DNA of 63,979 bases, the filler included, from Octopus bimaculoides (taxonomy: Eukaryota): assembly GCF_001194135.2 (NCBI RefSeq). It is 7 parts of 5 records of this genome, joined end to end, with 100 filler letters (N's around TTAATTAATTAA, not from the genome) between each part and the next. Parts side by side here need not be neighbours in the genome. Positions count along the whole stretch, not along the records: positions 32,573 to 57,467 come from NC_068988.1; positions 57,568 to 62,846 come from NC_069000.1; positions 62,947 to 63,979 come from NC_069000.1; 4 more parts are not named here. One strand, given 5' to 3'. Shown one piece after another: positions 51,682-63,979 of this stretch. Position 1 is the stretch's first letter. Every line of letters starts with the position of its first letter. The notes beneath the pieces were generated by a model. That model was not told where the DNA came from, did no database searches, and saw nothing but the letters and a program-made list of their open reading frames with translations. The position numbers and the translations under genes were made by a program.

Positions 51682-52790
51682 AAGAAGGCGGGTGGAATCT
51701 CCCCATGTCCTGATTAGCGATACATTTAGTGACGGTGTCACAAAAAAATCACTGGTTATTGCGCAAACTAATAATCGCTACTTCATATGAGTGACAATGA
51801 AAAAACAAAATATTGTGAATAACGGTGGCAATGAAACTGAAGCTATTGATGGTGATAGTGTTGCACCCGGCAGGCTCAGAGATTCTGGTCCGGCTCCAGC
51901 CTCTCGATATTCAGAAAGGGACCACCACACACGGCCTAGATGGAGCAAGCAAATTAATGCTGTGGTCATGAGGTGTTACTACCTGAGCGACCCTGTAGAT
52001 GAGAATGGTGCTCTAATTACGTGTTACCATCAACGTTGTATGATCACCGAAGAGAAAAGGAATTGTTTTAACTCACTGAACAGAGATTATGTGAGCAAGC
52101 TAGATCAATAACAAATAATCGTTGGTACCCAGAAGTAAAGCTCGAATATATCAAAAGACGGGTACTGGAACATAGCACAGTGATAACGATGAAAAATACA
52201 CTTCTTACTAATAAATGTAATCTCAAAGCATACGAAAGGAGCAGTGGTAGCTTACTTGATGCGAGACATATAAATGATCTAAAAGAAGACAATAAAAAAA
52301 TTACAGAATAGAGAATTGATTAAACAAATTAAAATAGGAGACTTCAAATAATTCGGTGTACTAGAGTTCAACGAGATAATGGAGAAGGAAATGAAAGAGC
52401 AACTGAGGATAGAGTACTTCTGAAGACTGAGGCTGGAATTGCGCTCAAAATTGACCGTATGGAATAAAATCCAAGCAGTTAATAAATGGTCAATACCGTC
52501 ACTTCGGAATGGAGATGGGATTATAAAATGGCAAAAGAGAGAAGTGATAAAAATGGATACAAAGACAAGAAACATATGAACAGTACATGAAACCTTCTAT
52601 CCTAAGAGTGACACCGATAGGCTGTACTTATGCAGAAGAAAGGGTGGGAGAGGTTTGATCAGTTGCCAGGACTGTATCGAAGCGGAGAAAAACTGCTTAG
52701 TAAAGCAGCTTAGGGTGGTACATAAAAAATGCCGTAGAACCATTGTTGATATATACGAAGGCCGGCGTCCTTAAAACTGAGAATTGTGTA
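51680..52790 (+). mobile_element. Dong/R4 LINE with 5' end retained and a large internal deletion
   Basis: Starts right after (TAA)n; ORF start RPRWSKQINAVVMRCYYLSDP resembles the R4/Dong N-terminus; jumps to FK*FGVLE...NKIQAVNKW..W...MDTKTR..YPKSDTDRLYL.RRKGGRGLIS. Confidence 0.8.
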
Positions 52791-52974
52791 ATGAATGAAA
52801 TATACTTCCACATACTCCGCCTCTACCCCCACCCTCAGTATAACCTACACACCACCACACTACACGCCACCATACCACACAACACCACATCGCATCAAAC
52901 CACCACGTACACACTAGCAATGACCACTTCCCAGCACCCACACTATCGTCCACACACCACATGCACACACACAC

Positions 52975-53016
<42 letters not shown>

Positions 53017-53049
53017 AGGTCAGCAGCCCTCTTCCACACACACATACAT

Positions 53050-53335
53050 GGTCTCTTATATATATCGCACGCGCACCCACGGTTTGAGATCACCACTACT
53101 TTATTATGTCCACCTACTTCGTAGCTCTCCCGTGTAACCCCTCTGTCCGGCATTCGCCATTATAGATCGCTAGCCACTACACATTATTTCCTTTCCCTTT
53201 CTGTGTTCCTTTCTATGGAAGAGCGTAGGCTCGAAAAATGAAAGACTTTTTTACTTCCCGAGCGTTAAACTAATACATCTGTTTGTTGTCTACACCACCT
53301 GTCTTCGACTTTTTTTGTGTGTGAATTCTCCCCAC

Positions 53336-53340
<5 letters not shown>
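53050..53340 (+). mobile_element. Probable Penelope-type terminus with a hammerhead remnant
   Basis: CCTTT-CTATGGAA-GAGC-GTAG-GCTC-GAAA-AATG-AAAG at 53208-53244; ends at (TA)n. Confidence 0.45.
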
Positions 53341-53381
<41 letters not shown>

Positions 53382-53805
53382 ATGATCAGACAAATTAATA
53401 ATGTAAGAAAAAGGGGGTAAATTTCTGATCGTAAAAACAAAGTGTTCAAACAGGGAAGTAAATGTTCATATATGGAGATTATGTCCAGTCTCAATGGTTT
53501 CAAGGTAGGTGGTGATCGGTCCCACCCATATACAGCTCCGTCTGGTTCTGTTTCTATCCCGCTGTCTTCCCCACTCCCCTTTTTAACAAGAAGTACGAGA
53601 TTACCTGCCTTGTTTGTTAACAGGAAGTGAACGAGGTTACCGGTCTCGCACTATCCTAACTTCCTGTATATATATTTGGTTATTCATATCAACGTTATTT
53701 CTGCCAAACTGTCGTTTTGCCAAACGGTGTTTGACTAACGTTTATCTTGCCACCTTCGGAAAATATAGGGTAAGTTCTCACCCTTCATTATCTATTGGTA
53801 TACAT

Positions 53806-53845
<40 letters not shown>

Positions 53846-53944
53846 GTGTGTGTGTATGTGTGTATATATATATATCATTTCCTTTTGGGATTTGGTTTGC
53901 AAGATTCTTTATGTGAGTTCGTGTGTTGAAGCATATTTTGTTAT

Positions 53945-54186
53945 GCCTGGAGAAAGTCATTCTCTTTTAGTGCCTTATAATTTAACACAAACGCACTGGT
54001 AATATTTCCACTTATTTCTTTTTATTTTTCGAAAATTTTCGTTGCGTCTTGCAACCTGTTCAGAATTATTGAAAAGATTGCAAGACGGAACGAAAATTTT
54101 AGAAAAATAAAAAAGAAATAAATGGAAACTGTGCCGGCGACTGTGATAAATTATAAGGCACTAAAATTGAATGAATGTTCCCAGGC
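53945..54186. repeat. Long imperfect inverted repeat (about 118-bp arms, 7-nt spacer)
   Basis: 53945-54062 pairs with the reverse complement of 54070-54186 (shared TTTTAGTGCCTTATAATTT and AAAATTTTCGTT.CGTCTTGCAA). Confidence 0.9.
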
Positions 54187-54192
54187 ACAACA

Positions 54193-54232
<40 letters not shown>

Positions 54233-54399
54233 TAGATATTATTCTAATGTAGAGTTCTATTGCCCTGAACCGGTATGCACTTGCTTGTTCGCTTAAATTG
54301 TCGATTACAAATAGTGTATTCCACAGGCTATGACCACTCCCTTAGAGCTCTACTTTCTACATTTTTACATAAAAAATATTTTTGGACATATAAATTCGG

Positions 54400-55400
54400 A
54401 TTGTTGTCTGTAACCTACTTCACAATTCCGAGCACTTCTTTAATGAATAGGATTATTATTTTATCCACATAGCCCGTTGTCACCATTTTAAAATGCAGAT
54501 TATTCTAATATTTGAATAGCATTTTTGAAACTTCATTACAAAAATGTCATCGACATTTTCAAAAGACTAAGTCACTTACTGAACACGTCTTTGATATGAA
54601 ACTGTTTGACTCATATATCTTTAGTCACATAAACCGACAATAGCAGCATTTCTTATTACGTAGTATATGTCTTTAAGTTTTTTCTGCATTTGTGATCTTC
54701 ATTATATTATGTATTGTTCAATAAATGTTAGCACTTTTCATATGCTTTCTTTTTATATTATGGTGCACTGTTGAACATACAGCTTATTGATGCCACTCCT
54801 CTCCCGAATCCTTTCGTACTTGTGTCAATGCAACTTGACATTCTTTTTCACAATACAGTCACGCCATTGTCTAGTTGGACGATATTGGTCTCGAGCTGCT
54901 ATCATTAAACATGCTGTCACCTTTCAGTTAAGATACGTAAAGCCAGACCTATCTCTGCCATCTTGAAAACATCTGATTTATATAATGGGTTACGAATTGT
55001 TGGCATAGTGTTATCAATTCCTTTACTGCCTTCTTTCTTTATCGATATACTTTTACCCTAAAATTCATTTCTTATGACTCTTCTTTCTCCAGTGTATGCG
55101 TGATAAGCGTTTAGTGAGGGTTTTACTTCTAAAGAATTTATGAGTGCATTACACATTTCAGCTAAATATGATTATAATTCTTTTATATCGATTGCAACAG
55201 TATGATTTTTCAGATATATAACAATGTTTTGTGATTGTAGGATGCTCTACTTTTAGCAGAAGCTTTTTCCATCCGAACGATCTGATTTATAGGCAATACC
55301 AAGCTAACCAACGCCTCTAGCTTCCATTCTCTGTCGGAGTACACAAGTGATTTCTGCCAGCTCCGAGATAGTGTTCTGAGTTTTGCCTAGTATTTAGCTT
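54400..55400 (-). mobile_element. Ancient, highly degenerate Dong/R4 LINE fragment
   Basis: LMIAARDQYRPTRQWRDCIVK resembles the R4 AAQDQ.L.TR motif; boundaries approximate. Confidence 0.45.
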
Positions 55401-56979
55401 TTAGCTTTCTCGTGTATTTTAGGTCCACAAATCGGAACTGTATCTTGCAACCGAGATTAGTACGGTAGTAATTACTTCGACGTTTGGTTTCAAACTCACG
55501 TCCCTTTTAAGGGACATCAACCGAAATTATTCACAGCGGATTACATAAACAAAATATCCCAGCGTGTTTGGGGAATTGTGTAGTGTTTCGTGCCTGTATT
55601 CAAATTAAAATATTGCACATAACGTTACACTTCCAAGTCGTAATATTCTTTCTGTATTGAAACATGTGTATTTTCTTTTTAATAGTCGAACATCATTTCT
55701 AAACTTGATTCGCATTTTCAAAATCACACGTAGATTTTAAATCAGACACTTTGTTACGACTGCATTTGAACAATTTTGTAGTTTTTTTCTAAATATTTTC
55801 TCCGATGATTGGCAGTTATTCAACGTGTTTGTTAACAGAAAAAAAGTGTTTTAGCACTTTTAGCTTGAGGTGACTAAGTGTCAAGATATCACATGTTTGC
55901 TACATGAAAACATAAATATATTTTATATAGGTTATATATATAAAATAGGATCAGTTTCTTTTTTTTTTCCATGAGTGCTTTCAACTTTATTAATTTATAA
56001 ATATCCTTGTGCTACAGACGTTTCATGTTCCGATTAAAATTTGCAGCTATGGGAGTACCAATCTCTTATCAACCAAACCTTTTAGACGTACACATAGAGT
56101 GACGAAGTAATCCTACGCATTTTCATGAAATGCTCATACATTGCTGATTTAGGGCTTGTCTGAAAGAGAACATTATTTGTTAGAACAGTCGAGCCTATTG
56201 TCTGGCTTTCAGCCAAGACTATCCTGAATTTTGGATCACCACTCCCCTCTAAATGAAGAGCAAGCTTCCTGTCTCTATCCAGTAGAAATTTGTTGGGTGG
56301 ACGCTGTTGAAATATTTGCTGTTAATCGGTTAATGCGAAAGGGCAGAGAGTTTTCCTTCTTGTGCGACAAAACAGGTTGCGCAATTGATGACACTGAAAA
56401 GGCTGGACACGGATATTTTGGCATTTGGCCTCGCTCACTTCGATGTTTTCACGTTCCACTTAGAAAGAACCTGAAGTTGAAAATCAAGTAAAAGTGGAGT
56501 AACAGTAGCGAGACTAACACGAATGATTAGGTATATTTCTTCTGGATGTGAAGCTAAAATTGAGCAGGTTGGGTAGATTTCGCTATCTGGTTATTAAAAT
56601 GCATTCCTCTTGACTGAAACCTGTGTCATATTACCTTATGGAAGCTTAGAAGCCACACACAAGCAAGCAGTAGCTTATAACTTTATTCCCTAACCTTTTC
56701 CCCGCGAAACATCGTGAAGATGAACACTTCTTGGAAACAGACCTGCACTGCCACTCGGCCAGTGCTGAACAGGCTCAAGCAAGGCGAAATAATGTGCTTT
56801 ACCCGAGAAAACAATATTCTGCTCAGCCCAAGATTCATAGCCACAGCCTTATGACTGTAAACCTGCCATAAGCCACACGTCTTCACGTATTCATATAGTG
56901 TGTATAATTTTGACTTTAATTTTCATGCCATAAAATAACGTACCACTGAAGTATTGTGTTGATAAAATTAGTTATTTTT

Positions 56980-57180
56980 AAGGCAACGAGCTTGCGGAAT
57001 TCTTAGCACGCTGACGAAATTCTTAGCGGTATTTCAAATTCTAATTTCAAATTCCGTAGGGTTCGACTTTGTCTTTTGTCCTTTCGAGGTGAGCACACTA
57101 GAACCAGTTGAACTGTGAGGGTGATGAAATCGAATAATCCCCTTTACAAGATTTCAGAACGCGTAGCTATAGTAGAAATG
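56980..57180 (+). mobile_element. SINE family A with (TTA)n tail
   Basis: AAGGCAACGAGCTTGCGGAATTCTTAGCACG... Confidence 0.75.
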
Positions 57181-57234
<54 letters not shown>

Positions 57235-57567
57235 TAGTTTTATTTTTATAACGTGCTTTCACTTCACTACCGAGCGCAGCTCTGTGCGCCTTGGGTATGT
57301 GCTGTGGTTTGCTGTGGTGCTCTTATGCTTACTGTATTGAAAGTGTTTTGCGTAGAATGTGTGCAGTACCCAGTAGTGCAATTTTAGGTATGTTATATCT
57401 ATTTGTAAGTCCTGGTATTTTTGTTATGTATTTGTCTGAATATTTTTTTATTATACCTAAGGCACCTNNNNNNNNNNNNNNNNNNNNNNNNNNNNNNNNN
57501 NNNNNNNNNNNTTAATTAATTAANNNNNNNNNNNNNNNNNNNNNNNNNNNNNNNNNNNNNNNNNNNN

Positions 57568-58075
57568 AGATGGAGAGATGGAGAGATAGACAGATAGATG
57601 GATGGAGAGAGAGAGAGATGGAGAGATAGACAGATAGATGGATGGAGAGAGAGAGAGATGGAGGGATGGACAGATAGATGGATGGAGAGAGAGAGAGATG
57701 GAGAGATGGAGAGATAGATGGATGGAGAGAGAGAGAGATGGAGAGATGGAGAGATAGATGGATGGAGAGAGAGAGTGATGGAGAGATGGAGAGATAGATG
57801 GATGGAGAGAGAGAGAGAGATGGAGAGATGGAGAGATAGATGGATGGAGAGAGAGAGAGATGGAGAGATGGATGGAGAGAGAGAGAGATGGAGAGATGGA
57901 GAGATAGATGGATGGAGAGAGAGAGATGGAGAGATAGACAGATAGATGGATGGAGAGAGAGAGAGATGGAGAGATGGAGAGATAGACAGATAGATGGATG
58001 GAGAGAGAGAGAGATGCAGAGATAGATGGATGGAGAGAGAGAGATGGAAAGATAGTCAGATAGATGGATGGAAAG
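57568..58075. repeat. GA-rich compound minisatellite of about 40-48 bp
   Basis: About 11 units of GATGGAGAGATGGAGAGATAGATGGATGGA(GA)n. Confidence 0.9.
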
Positions 58076-58335
58076 ATAGATAGATGGATGGAAAGAAAGA
58101 GAGAGGGAGGGAGACAGAAACAGAGATAGCGAGATTGATAGATACATACATAAATATCTGTAGAAATAGATTAGAAAGACGTGTGTGTGTAAAGAGAGAG
58201 AGAGAGAGAGAGGAGGAGTGAGGGGGAATGAGGTACATACATACCTACATGCATGTATACATATGCATTTACACAATTACACTACGCACAAACACACACG
58301 TACACACTTACGTATGCACGCGCACACACACACAT

Positions 58336-58392
<57 letters not shown>

Positions 58393-58799
58393 TATATATA
58401 TATACCGGATATAATCTATTAAAGTCTTTGTGGGAAAATATTTTAGTAGTCAACAATAAACGTACAGAATTCCATCATTCTCCCACCCTCCCTCTCTCCC
58501 TCCTTCTCCTTCCACTCCTACACACACACAAATACACACACGAGTAGATAGACACAGTCTTCTATATTTACTTGCCTCTGTTCATACATATTTTACGCAC
58601 ATTAGCCCTTCATGAATTAAAAAATACTTCTCTCTCTCTCTCTCCTCCTCTCTCTATACCTTTCCTCAATCGAAGAGATATTTTGCTTACAGCAAACACA
58701 CGGTACTATCTAAATAGAAGCATGGACCAGGGAAACGAAAAAAAAAAAAAAACTCGCAAAATCTCTACAACGGTAATGTTAAACACAAAACCGACATTT

Positions 58800-59130
58800 T
58801 ATAGTGGGTTGGCAGATAAATTTGTTCGTTGTACTTTACTTCCCAGTCACATGGTTCCGGGTTTGCACCTTTGGCAAATGTTTCCTACTATAATCTCGGG
58901 CCGACCTAAGCCTTGTGGATGGATTAGGTTGATGGAAGCTGAAAGAAGCTCGTGGTGTGTGTATGTGTGTTTATAGGCGCAGGATTGGCTGTGTGGTGAG
59001 AAGCTTGATTCCCAACCACATGGTCTCCGGCAAGTGTCTTCTACTATAACCACGGACCGACCAAAGCCTTGTGAGTGGATTTGGTAGACGTTTGGTAGAC
59101 CGACCAAAGCCTTGTGATTGGATTTGGTAG
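58800..59130 (+). mobile_element. Two tandem family B heads with a local duplication
   Basis: 58800-58975 and 58976-59130; GACCGACCAAAGCCTTGTGA.TGGATTTGGTAGAC repeated. Confidence 0.8.
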
Positions 59131-59134
59131 ACCC

Positions 59135-59525
59135 AATGTTTTGGGGTCTCCTTTCGGTACTGTTTGTGGTGAAGAAGTTGGACGAAGCTGCTCTTCTTTG
59201 TCCCTCCTGCCTCGATGTGGGTTCATCCTGATGCTTTTTGAACATTTCCACATCTACACCTTGCAGATCTCTTTAGTTCCTTGGCAGGATGTTAAACAGT
59301 TGTCGTCCCCTGAAACCCAGGCTGTTGCAATACTGGGTCCTTATCTTGAGATGAAGAGAACGTCATCTTTGATATTATTCGGTGCCGTCCAGTTCGGCGG
59401 TTTGTATAGCTTTTGAATTCAAAGTTGGCAGCTAGGCCTTTGGGGATCTTCTCTATGTATATCACTGCATACCTTTCTCGCCTCCTCACCAAGGAGTAGA
59501 GCTTCAGTTCTTGTAGCCTCTCAGT
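59135..59525 (-). mobile_element. CR1/L2-group LINE 3' fragment
   Basis: LQELKLYSLVRRRERYAVIY..KI..GL, YCNSLGFRGRQLFNILPRN and DVEMFK..DEP..R..AASSN, with frameshifts. Confidence 0.75.
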
Positions 59526-60307
59526 AATTCATCTGTTTCACTGAGTCAATCTTTGTGTATTGGTGCTGGATTGCCACAAGTTCTGCGCGCGCGCGTGCGC
59601 GTATAATGAAGGTTGAAAAGGAACACACGAGTTGATATGTATAAGCAAAATAGGACAAGGTAGAAAATGCTAAAATAATTTTATCATGAAGAACATTTTA
59701 GTACCAGTTTCAGTCTTAGCGACTTTCTAACACACACACACACGCACACACATATATACATACATACATACAGGATAGATAGAGGTATGTATGTAGTATA
59801 TATATAATAAATTTAAATTCTAAACAATGTATGCATTTCCTGCATATATACTATATTATATAATTCAAGGCTTCATTACAACTAAGTAGATATCAAATAT
59901 TTATATTGAGGTCCCTTATGGATTAAGTTTCGAAATTATATAACATACGGCACAATCGTCATCATAAAGAATTTTATGTTCTTCGAGGATGGTACGAGAT
60001 AACGTTTTAGCCGGAATATTTTCTATAAAGAAATTAACACACACACACAGTTATACATACATACACAATCATAGATATATACCTATACATACATACATAC
60101 ATACATACACACACTTGTGACTATGTTAAAGCAGTTTGTTTCTCCTTTTGTATTTGAAGTCTATGCAGTCATCTGACGAAAACGGTATCTTTGCAATGAT
60201 GTAATGCTTTCGTTATTCGAAGGAGTCTCTTCAAACGGCCGTAATGAACTGACACCTGTACATCTTTGCTGCCCATTTATACATACATGTATACATACAT
60301 GTATACA

Positions 60308-60353
<46 letters not shown>

Positions 60354-60526
60354 CATATATATATATATATATATATATGTATACTTACATATGCTCACAT
60401 GAACAATTATACATATTTATGATGTACAATTATATGTACATATATTTATATACGTGCGTGTGCACGCTCATGTGTATGTGTATACATGCATCCATTCATC
60501 TATACATCCATACATACACACGTATA

Positions 60527-60585
<59 letters not shown>

Positions 60586-60984
60586 TTATGGAAATACACT
60601 CTTGGTGCTGTTGACTACGATGAAAAGGCTCTAGGTCTTAGATTCTAAGCCAGACATTGTCGGCATTCATATTTCAAGAATGTAACCCTCCGGGAGTTAT
60701 TGTTTAGAAATGTATGACATTGGGGCTTTGTTTACGATTTTCATCGTGTTTGTATTTACTTTGGTTGCGATTGAATATCAAAGACTTTATTCCCAACAAC
60801 TACCTCTAACTCTCTGAGCCTCTCTTCAGCTGTTAAGGGCAAGAGATGTGTGTGTACATGCACATACATACATATATTTATTTTCCCGAGGCATAATTAG
60901 AAATAGGGGACAAAAATATGTCCATATTGTATTTCAGTGTGAATGTGCTGATTGATTTTCCGCTTGTTCTGCTGAAATTTCATG

Positions 60985-61215
60985 ATTGATATTTGCGGCC
61001 GTGAAGACGACAAGCTTGCTGAATCGTCAGCCCGTCGGCCATTAATGCATAGCGACGTTTCACCCACCTTTGTTCTGAGTTCAAATTCCACCGAGGTCGA
61101 CTTTATTCTTCACCCTTTCATGAAAGATAAAGTACCAGTTGATCACTGGGGTCGGTGTAATAGATTCACCCACTTCCCCTGTAATTTACTGTCCTTATGC
61201 CAATATTTGAAACAA
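60985..61215 (+). mobile_element. SINE family A
   Basis: GTTCTGAGTTCAAATTCCACCGAGGTCGAC. Confidence 0.8.
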
Positions 61216-61610
61216 ATATATGAGGCCATCAGATGAATTCGTCCGTTTCTTTCAAATGTTATTCGAATTAATACTAAAAAATACTTTTATGTTAATGTTT
61301 CCTGCCTATTTTTTTAATTTAATTTTATTTTTTGTAGCCCTATTCTTTCTCTACAACTTTTTATCGCTTTTGAAATTTGAATAAATTTTATCACTTTTCA
61401 AATATATTTTGATGGAAAGTTAAATAGAAAGAAAAATTAATCATTTACTACGCCTGCGTCTCCTTGCTTTCCATCGAAATTCCAAAGATACCGAAAGCGA
61501 TCGAGGTATCTGTGTCGTGTACGGAGAAGATGGTGTTACTGAAAGAAATGCGCAAAAATGGCTTCCGTGTTTCAAGGTGGCGAAATTCGATATTGCTCTT
61601 CGCTTTCCGG
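61216..61610 (+). pseudogene. Mariner 5' fragment with degenerate transposase N-terminal HTH
   Basis: MES*IERKINHLLRLRLLAFHRNSKDTE...ICVVYGEDGVTERNAQKW..FK...FD matches the mariner N-terminal pattern. Confidence 0.7.
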
Positions 61611-61689
61611 TCGAACTGCTCAGTTCTAAGAGTGGTCTTGTATGTCCTTGTGGTGTCCGCATCTGTGTTTAGGGTTATATGCCTAATAA

Positions 61690-62105
61690 AGAAATCGGTA
61701 TTTCGTCTGCCGCTACGTTCTGGGTTCAAATTCCGCCGAGGTCGACTTTGCCTTTCATCTTTTTCGGGGTCGATAAATTAAGTACCAGTTACGCACTGGG
61801 GTCGATGTAATCGACTTGTCCCCTCCCCCTAAATTTCAAGGCCTTCAGCTTTTAGTAGAAAGGATTGTTATTGCTTTTCTTTAAGGCAGCGAGCTGGCAG
61901 AATTGTCAGACGGTCGGACAATGTTATACCCGGGAGAATTTCTTGCGGATCTTTACGTTCCGAGTTCAAATTCCGCCATGGTCGACTTTGTCTTTCATCC
62001 TTTCGGGGGTCGATAAAATAAGTGCCAGGTGAACAACTGGGGTCGATGTAATCGACTCATCCCTTCCCCGCAAATCAGAGGCCTTGTGTCTCCAGTAGAA
62101 AGGAT
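61690..62105 (+). mobile_element. Two tandem family A SINEs
   Basis: 61690-61870 (5' truncated) and 61880-62105. Confidence 0.85.
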
Positions 62106-62797
62106 TATTATTATAATTGTGTTGCTAGTAGTAGTAGTAGTAGTAGTAGTAGTAGCAACAGTAGACGTAGTGGTGGTAGGGTAGGGTAGGGATGGTAGCT
62201 TTAATTGTCGTAAATGTGCTGTGTTGTCGTCGGCAATGGCGGTGGTGGTGGTGGTGATGATGATGCTGATGGTGGTGATGCTGCTCTTTTAATTATCTCT
62301 TTATGTCCATTTCCTGCAGCCTAGCGTAATGTATATGGTTGTAGAATACGTTGTGTGTGTGTGTGTGTGTGACTTCTATATATGTACGCACTCAAATGTG
62401 TGTGTGTGTATGTGTAAGTATGTGTGTGTGTGTGTGTAAGTATGTGTGTGTGTGTGTAAGTATGTGTGTGACTGTTTCCTTCTATGCATGTACACACTCA
62501 CGTGTGTATGCCACTTTGTGTGTGTGTGTGTATGCCATTTTCATGTGTGTGTATGTATGTATGTATGTGTGTGTGAATGTTTGCATCTAGGTATGTACGA
62601 ACTCATGTGTGTGTGCAAGTGCATGCCATTTTCTTGTCTGTAGGTATGCGTGTGTGTGTGCTTGTGTCTGTGACTGTTTGCGTCTATGTATGTACTCTTT
62701 CACATGCGTGTGTAGGTATGTACGCACGCGCGCGCGTACGTTTTTGTCTCCGTGGACGGAAATATACAAATGCATTGTGGCTACACTGCTAAGTGTT

Positions 62798-62846
<49 letters not shown>

Positions 62847-63084
62847 NNNNNNNNNNNNNNNNNNNNNNNNNNNNNNNNNNNNNNNNNNNNTTAATTAATT
62901 AANNNNNNNNNNNNNNNNNNNNNNNNNNNNNNNNNNNNNNNNNNNNATGTGGTCTAATGGGTATATGTCGATTAGTGTGTCGAAGTGTTTAGTAGAGCAC
63001 TGGCACAGCTTGGCCTGTCTGGTGTCATCCGCACTCGGAGTACATTACCATTGGATCTACTTCAGGAACGCTGCAGTGTTAGTT

Positions 63085-63280
63085 GAGATAATAATTATTT
63101 CAAACTTTTGCCACAAGGGCACTTTGTGGGTGGAGGGGATGAATCGATTACATCGACCCCAGTGTTCAGCTGGTTCTTATTTTATCGACCATGAAAGGAT
63201 GAAAGCAAAGTCAACCTCGGCAGAATCTGAACTCAAAGAATTTCATCCTGCATGTTAACGATTCTGGCCGCTCGCCATCT
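63085..63280 (-). mobile_element. SINE family A
   Basis: CATCGACCCCAGTG...TTTATCGAC...TCAACCTCGGCAGAATCTGAACTCA. Confidence 0.8.
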
Positions 63281-63818
63281 TTATTTTTATACAAATAAAG
63301 ATGCATTTATTTGTACCATAAGCATAAATGTTGAAGTACATCAAGACTCCATTTTTACATAAAATAAATATTTATTCATACTTGACGGATTAACGTATAT
63401 ATATATCAATTGATTTGTATACACACACACACACATACATACACACACATGTGTATGTTTATTAATATATGTAATGTTTATAGACAGACACTCATACGTA
63501 CATACATACATACATACATACATACATGCATATTTGTGTGTGTGTGTGTGTGTGTTTGTGTGTACGAATGTACCAAGAGAGTAAGAGAGAGGGAGAGAGA
63601 GACCGAGAGACTGAGTGACAGATAGTGACTATAATAATAAAGGCAGGGACTATAATAAAAGAAATAAATCACAAACTCCTCACAAAAAACAAATAAGTTC
63701 CAATGACGTCCAACCTGAACATACAAGTACAAAAACACCATGTTCTAGAAAAAAGCTAACATATAATGCAAAAAAATTATGACGTTTACCGAAAAGACAA
63801 ATGCAAGGGAGATAAACA

Positions 63819-63869
<51 letters not shown>

Positions 63870-63979
63870 CATAAGGGTGACTTTTTAGCAAGTTTTCAAC
63901 CGAAAGACAAAATATATGTATACATCACTAAAGCGACTGAGTGCGCTATTCAGCACCAGTATTGCTAGAAATAAGAGTC

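Noticed and set aside
51680-51790. HDV-like ribozyme in the Dong/R4 5' UTR
   Set aside because: A 7-bp TAGCGAT/ATCGCTA pairing exists, but I could not build the nested double pseudoknot by eye.
60710-60820. 35-aa hydrophobic frame MYDIGALFTIFIVFVFTLVAIEYQ...
   Set aside because: T-rich strands give such peptides by chance; no other support.

Overview
This is eukaryotic, AT-rich, repeat-dominated scaffold DNA with many N gaps. The microsatellite load ((TA)n, (CA)n, (TATC)n, (TAA)n), the tRNA-derived SINE families and the LINE set look like an octopus genome; O. bimaculoides is my inference, not shown by the sequence. Most ORFs in the supplied track are artefacts of microsatellites and N runs. 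The clearest host coding segment is a + strand terminal exon (6554-7029) resembling the C-terminal domain of a beta-lactamase-like serine hydrolase (gigasin-6/DUF3471 type) with a GPI-signal-like tail. There is also a tentative, phase-compatible chain of short exons on the - strand (about 47422 to 15558, possibly to 8619 or 3690) encoding a protein I cannot identify. Mobile elements include about 30 SINE copies from at least 3-4 families, a Penelope-like RT fragment, several Penelope-type termini with hammerhead ribozyme motifs (one with an intact core at 12618-12678, - strand), an RTE-like 3' end with three C2H2 fingers, several Dong/R4 fragments next to (TAA)n, a CR1-like fragment, two mariner fragments and Helitron-like ends. 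I see no CRISPR array, rRNA or genuine tRNA gene. All family calls come from reading motifs by eye; no database was searched. I found no evidence for a new multi-gene system; the best leads are the ribozyme, the unidentified exon chain and a SINE-derived minisatellite.
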